DNA of 64,000 nt from Oculina patagonica (Eukaryota): assembly GCF_052425735.1 (NCBI RefSeq), contig NC_135767.1, positions 15,562,001-15,626,000 of the forward strand, in the 5' to 3' direction. Made by a program: the position numbers and the translations under genes. The notes beneath the pieces were generated by a model. It worked only from the letters and a program-made list of their open reading frames with translations, was not told the DNA's origin and searched no databases. Shown here piece after piece: positions 59,331 to 64,000 of the stretch (position 1 is the stretch's first letter; each line of letters begins with the position of its first letter).

Positions 59331-61130
59331 AAGGAGGATGATTCCATCATGATTCTCCCAGCTGACAAAGGGCGTGCTAGCGTAGTCCTGGACACTGAGA
59401 CGTACCGCACTAAGATGTCTACCTTGATCGAGAACGGACCGTACCAGCTCCTGAACAAAGACCCGACAGACCGTCTAACCAGAAAGCTGACCGAGAAGCC
59501 GAAAGCTGCTAACCCTGAAACGAAGCGGAGATCTATCAGAGGCTGTTTACAACAAGATCAGACCTCGACACAAACAGCCACCAAGAATCTACGGTTTACC
59601 AAAAATCCACAAGGCCGACGTACCTTTAAGACCTATTGTATCATGAGTTAACACCTTTGCGTATGATTTGTCAGCCTACCTAGCTAACATCTTGTCTCCT
59701 TTAACAGGTAACTCGGATTTCGCAGTGACCAATTCAGCCCACTTCGTATCCACCATCAACAGTGAGACGATCCTAGACAACGAGATCATGGTGTCTTTTG
59801 ACGTGGAGTCGCTGTTTACAAACGTTCCAATCGACGGCGCTGTACAAGCCGCGCTACGGAAACTAGAGAACGATCCCAGCCTTGCCGATCGCACAACGCT
59901 TACACCTGCTCAGATCGCTGACCTCCTGAATTTCGTATTGAGATCCACATACTTCCAGTATAACGGATCAATTTACGAACAACAGGAAGGCGCAGCCATG
60001 GGAAGTCCGGTTTCCGCTGTTGTTGCTAATCTCTACATGGAGAGCTTTGAGGAGCAGGCAATAACTTCATCATCCTACAAGCCTAAGATATGGAAACGCT
60101 ACGTGGACGATACCTTCACCATCTTGGATCGCGGAACAGTCGACAGCTTCTTACAACATCTCAACAACCAGCAGCCTTCCATCCGCTTCGCCATGGAAAC
60201 AGAGAACGACTGCAAAATCGCCTTCCTCGACACCACAGTTTCGAGAGAACCAGACGGCCGGCTCACCACCAGCGTATATAGAAAACCAACACACACTGAT
60301 CAATACTTAGCGTATGATTCACACCACCCTCAATCTGTAAAACGCGGTATTGTTAAGTGTCTTTACGATCGTGCTAAACGCCTCGTAACAAAACCATCTG
60401 TTATATCCAAGGAGAAAAAAAAATCTGTCATCTGTTCTTGTTTCTAATGGTTATCCTTTTTCTTTCTTGCAGAAGATCACCAAGACCAGAAAGCCGAGCA
60501 CCAGTGCTGAGCCTACGACCGAGTTTAAATCTACTGCGGTTCTACCCTATGTCAAAGGTCTTTCCGAACAACTTAGACGCTGCCTACAACAACAAGGCGT
60601 ACGCGCTGTTTTCAAGTCGGAAACTACATTAAGATCACACCTAGTACGGCCGAAAGACGCCGTTGATCCGACTAAACAAGATGGCGTTGTTTACAGAATT
60701 CCCTGTGAGTGCGGCAAAGTTTACATCGGCGAGACTGGAAGACCTATGCAAGACAGAATCAAAGAACACGACCGGGACATCCGACTCGCCCGTATCCAGA
60801 CCTCCGCCGTTTCAGAGCACACCCACAACACCGGACACTACCCGCTTTGGAATGAGGTAAAGTTTATTGATCGTGAACCACACTGGTACATACACACGCA
60901 GGGGCAACGAGGCAATTCACATAAGACTTCACCCTAATAATATCAACAGGGATAGTGGAATTGAAATTCCTGAAGCATGGATGCCCACGATCAAAAAACA
61001 CAACAACAGGAGAACTGTACGACAGCGGACCGCTGAGGGAACAACAGGACACAGAAACAGCGAGGATCGAAATGCACCAATCACAGCTGTTGAAAACCAA
61101 CCAATCACAGCGCAGCAGCGTGCTTTATAA
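59331..61130 (+). pseudogene. Disrupted Penelope RT/GIY-YIG ORF
   Basis: Frameshifts near 59500, 60420 and 60890, and an in-frame TGA near 59644. Confidence 0.85.
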
Positions 61131-61154
61131 GTTCACGCACAACCAGTCGACCTT

Positions 61155-61198
61155 ATCGCCTGATGAAGACTAGCAGTGTGCAGTCGAAACGTCGCGAT
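61155..61198 (+). ncRNA. Type I hammerhead ribozyme (minimal stem III)
   Basis: Stem I ATCGC/GCGAT, core CTGATGA, stem II GACT...AGTC, GAAAC, cleavage triplet GTC (61191-61193). Confidence 0.8.
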
Positions 61199-63402
61199 CT
61201 ACATCACAAGTGACACTACGTCGTGAGACAAACGAAAAATACTTTATTATTATAGCATGTTAAATGTTACCGTGCTATGAGTACGTTTTTGGTAATTAAT
61301 TTTTGCACTCATTGCTCGAACTTTCAGCGGAATCCGTCTTAATATTGATCATTGAGACACGTGCGGATGTTCTATGAACCTTAAAGGAAATCTACCTCCA
61401 GAACCATTAGCTACTCTACTTCCTTGATGAGAACCAAATCGAATTTATTCGTTCATATTTACGACACAATTTTTTATCTTTTATTTTAATTTACTTTTTT
61501 TGGGGGGTAGAGGGGGACTTCATGAGTTATATGCGTTCGCCAAATTTTGCGAAATACAACACGTTACGGAGAACCGGCTCCTGAATAAAAAGTAATGTAT
61601 GAAAACAAACATAACCTACTTATGCAAGTTTAAAAATTATCGTTGACAAATTGTTGACGACTGTCAATTACAAATAATTAATTAAAGGAAGCGTTTTCCA
61701 CTTCTATCGGTTATTTTCTAAAAGTTTCTGTAAAAGTTCTGTTCGCGTGAAGTTTTTCGTGGAGATGCAAGGTCTTGACATGTTCTAATTTTACAAAAAA
61801 TAGCCAATATTAGGGTTAAGTGAAACCGTAAAAGATTAATTCTACTGTGATGAAATCTGTTTCGTGATAGGTATAATGTCCGGATAAAGTATCTACATAT
61901 AATAAAAGGCAGGATAAAGATTTAATACCGGTGCCACCTGCACTATGCACATAGAATTTGCAATGTAAACGGGAGGAAGAGAGCGCTATTTCAAGAACGA
62001 AAAAAATCGCTGATAAAAGGAGAACAGCGTCGTAAAGACATAACAGTTTTCTGTGGAAAGGTGGGAAACTTAATTAACTTATTGAATTTTATTGCAGATG
62101 TGGGTGAATGAAACGCAAAAACACTTTTAACCATATAATTAGGTGCTATTCATCGTGACGAGTAGTCATAAATAATTTCAGCAAGTTGTATTCGGGAATT
62201 GTCGTTCAATTTTGCATGTCATACAATCATATACAAGGGTATAGATATATAAGACTGAGCATTTCCGACCATGTCGGCATCAACTCAAATGTTGTATATA
62301 TACACCATTTTATCTTGTTGACGGATGTTATTTCAAAATAAGGTTGCTTCTTTAAAATTCAGATGACGAATGTGTAAAGCTCATTTATTTATGTGTGATG
62401 GTTTGTACGTTTTTCGATGTATTATCGCGGGGAGAAATAATTATGAGAGAAGATGAAATGAAGATTGAGCTTGATAATAGGAGATAAGTGACAACTCGTG
62501 TTATATCTTTTATCATTCGTTAATGTATATTAGCCTTTCTTCTCATTTGTGAGTCAGGGCTCCTTCAATATTTAACAATGGAACTTGACAAAGCTGTCAT
62601 GAGGACGGTGTGTTTTTCTCTTTTATAACATTTAAAATAATTTGCATATCCTAAAAGACGCGAATTTAGATAACCTTGTAGAGCTTTCCAGTGACGAATC
62701 GTGGCTATTACCGATACTAATTATTGTATTTCGAATGACAATAGTTAATTTTAATTTTCGATGCACTACCTTATAGTAAAATGTTTAAAATGTTAATTTT
62801 TGGCCACGCAGCTGTTGTTTAATGCAAATAAGTCACATTCGGTGACAGTAGTACAACTATTCGGGCTTGGAAATGAGCTATTAAAATTCAATAGCGGGAG
62901 AAGTTCGGCTCACGCTCAAAAGCTGGCAAAACATGTCAAAGCTAGAAAACTTGTGTTGTCAATTCCGTAGTTGCTAGAATTCCTCTTTTTCCTTTATCAC
63001 AGGGGGCCCGCACAAATGGGGCCACTGTTGATGTTTCAAAATTATAAGGGAATGTATGGGAACCTTTCCATCGTTCCCATAAGCATGAACTATAGCGAGT
63101 ATTAGTATATACTCAAACAGTGGATAACGTTTTGGCGCGCGCTGATTGGCTACTCAAACTCCGAATATCCTTTCACCTCCGAGCAACTCGCGCGCGAAAA
63201 CTGTACACGTTAACGGTCGCTTCGCGGTTCGGTAAATATCCACCACTACCGACCTCCACTTCGGTGAATAGTAGTTAAATATTCACATTTATGTTCAAAA
63301 TAAACATAAAGGTATCTCACCTATTGTGCCTTGTAGTCCTTATACCTCAAAACGGCGAATTTTAACCTTTTGTGGGTTTTGCGATGCAGTCTTCTGTACG
63401 TA

Positions 63403-63665
63403 AGGGATGTAGCAGTGAGGAGAGCGCTCGCCTCCCACCAATGTAGCCCGGGTTCGATTCCCAGACCCGGCGTCATATGTGGGTTGAGTTTGTTGTTGGT
63501 TCTCGTCCTTGCTCAAAGGGTTTTTCTCCGGGTTCTCCGGTTTTTCTCCCTCCACAAAAACCAACACTTCCAAATTCCAATTAGATCTGGAATACACTGC
63601 CCCACAAGCTTATAGCTTTAATCCCCTCACCGTGTCTAAATAAAGGTAATTTATTTATTTTATTT
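63403..63665 (+). mobile_element. tRNA-derived SINE (same family as 45161) with TTTA tail
   Basis: B box GGTTCGATTCC and shared body; (TTTA)n end. Confidence 0.8.
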
Positions 63666-63676
63666 TATAGACGAAA

Positions 63677-64000
63677 ATGGCGAACTTAACACAAGATCAA
63701 AAAGACACGACAACTCAAGATTTATTCTGCGATACAAGTGTTCTCGGGGTACATCAACAGATCGTCATTTCGGCGTTTAACATTCCTCTTGCCGTCACTG
63801 CATTTCTAGGGAACGTTCTTATCATTGTTGCTCTTCAAAAGCCGTCGCCTCTTCATCCGCCATCTAAACTTTTGTTAGGTTCTCTTGCGATCACCGATCT
63901 CTGTGTGGGCCTCATTTCACATCCTCTTCGCGTTACCTATTTGATGTCTCCAGAAGACTGCAAACGCCGTTGTTGCTATACTATAATTTTTTGTAACAGC
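63677..64000 (+). CDS. Class A GPCR, 5' part (runs off the window); paralog of 48413-49347
   Basis: AFNIPLAVTAFLGNVLIIVALQK...SKLLLGSLAITDLCVGLI. Confidence 0.8.
   Translation, partial: MANLTQDQKDTTTQDLFCDTSVLGVHQQIVISAFNIPLAVTAFLGNVLIIVALQKPSPLHPPSKLLLGSLAITDLCVGLISHPLRVTYLMSPEDCKRRCCYTIIFCNS

Larger units (their letters stand above)
58467..61251 (+). mobile_element. 5'-truncated Penelope-like retroelement (RT + GIY-YIG) with inverted duplication of its 3' 823 bp
   Basis: RT SFDVESLF, GAAMGSP, RYVDD; GIY-YIG VVYRIPCECGKVYIGETGR; arms 58508-59330 and 60431-61253; 14-bp TSD ATAGCATGTTAAAT (58453-58466, 61252-61265). Confidence 0.9.
58141..61338. mobile_element. Kolobok-like TTAA MITE hosting the Penelope insertion
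   Basis: TTAA|GATGGTTTCCGC...GCGGAATCCGTC|TTAA; subterminal CTCATAGCATGGTAACA / TGTTACCGTGCTATGAG. Confidence 0.65.

Noticed and set aside
59349-60937. Active retrotransposon or telomerase-like gene
   Set aside because: 5' truncated with several frameshifts and a stop; GIY-YIG marks it as Penelope-like

Overview
Eukaryotic (almost certainly scleractinian coral) genomic DNA, with two assembly gaps (31127-31287, 35098-35510). The dominant feature is an apparently intact 20,771-bp Polinton/Maverick (adintovirus-like endogenous dsDNA virus) at 4639-25409. It has AGTAGT termini, 977-bp near-identical TIRs and a perfect TACTAT target-site duplication. It encodes pPolB (vOTU, Zn fingers, exonuclease, VSR-like insert, apparently spliced), rve integrase with chromodomain, packaging ATPase, adenain-like protease, major and minor capsid proteins, a parvovirus-type PLA2 and a set of small basic QxGG/QxGxG core-like proteins. 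Its accessory genes include a SLATT-like 2TM protein, a GRF zinc-finger protein and a Maelstrom-like DEDDh nuclease. The pPolB promoter carries clustered STAT(GAS)-like and NF-kB-like motifs. Host genes are a PAN/EGF/USOMP5-like secreted protein, THNSL1 head-to-head with POLR1G/RPA34, a frameshifted class A GPCR and the 5' part of a paralogous GPCR. The remainder is a ~204-bp satellite, many MITEs and SINEs, and a dead Penelope-like retroelement with an 823-bp inverted duplication carrying two hammerhead ribozymes. All calls come from motif reading by eye; no searches were run.
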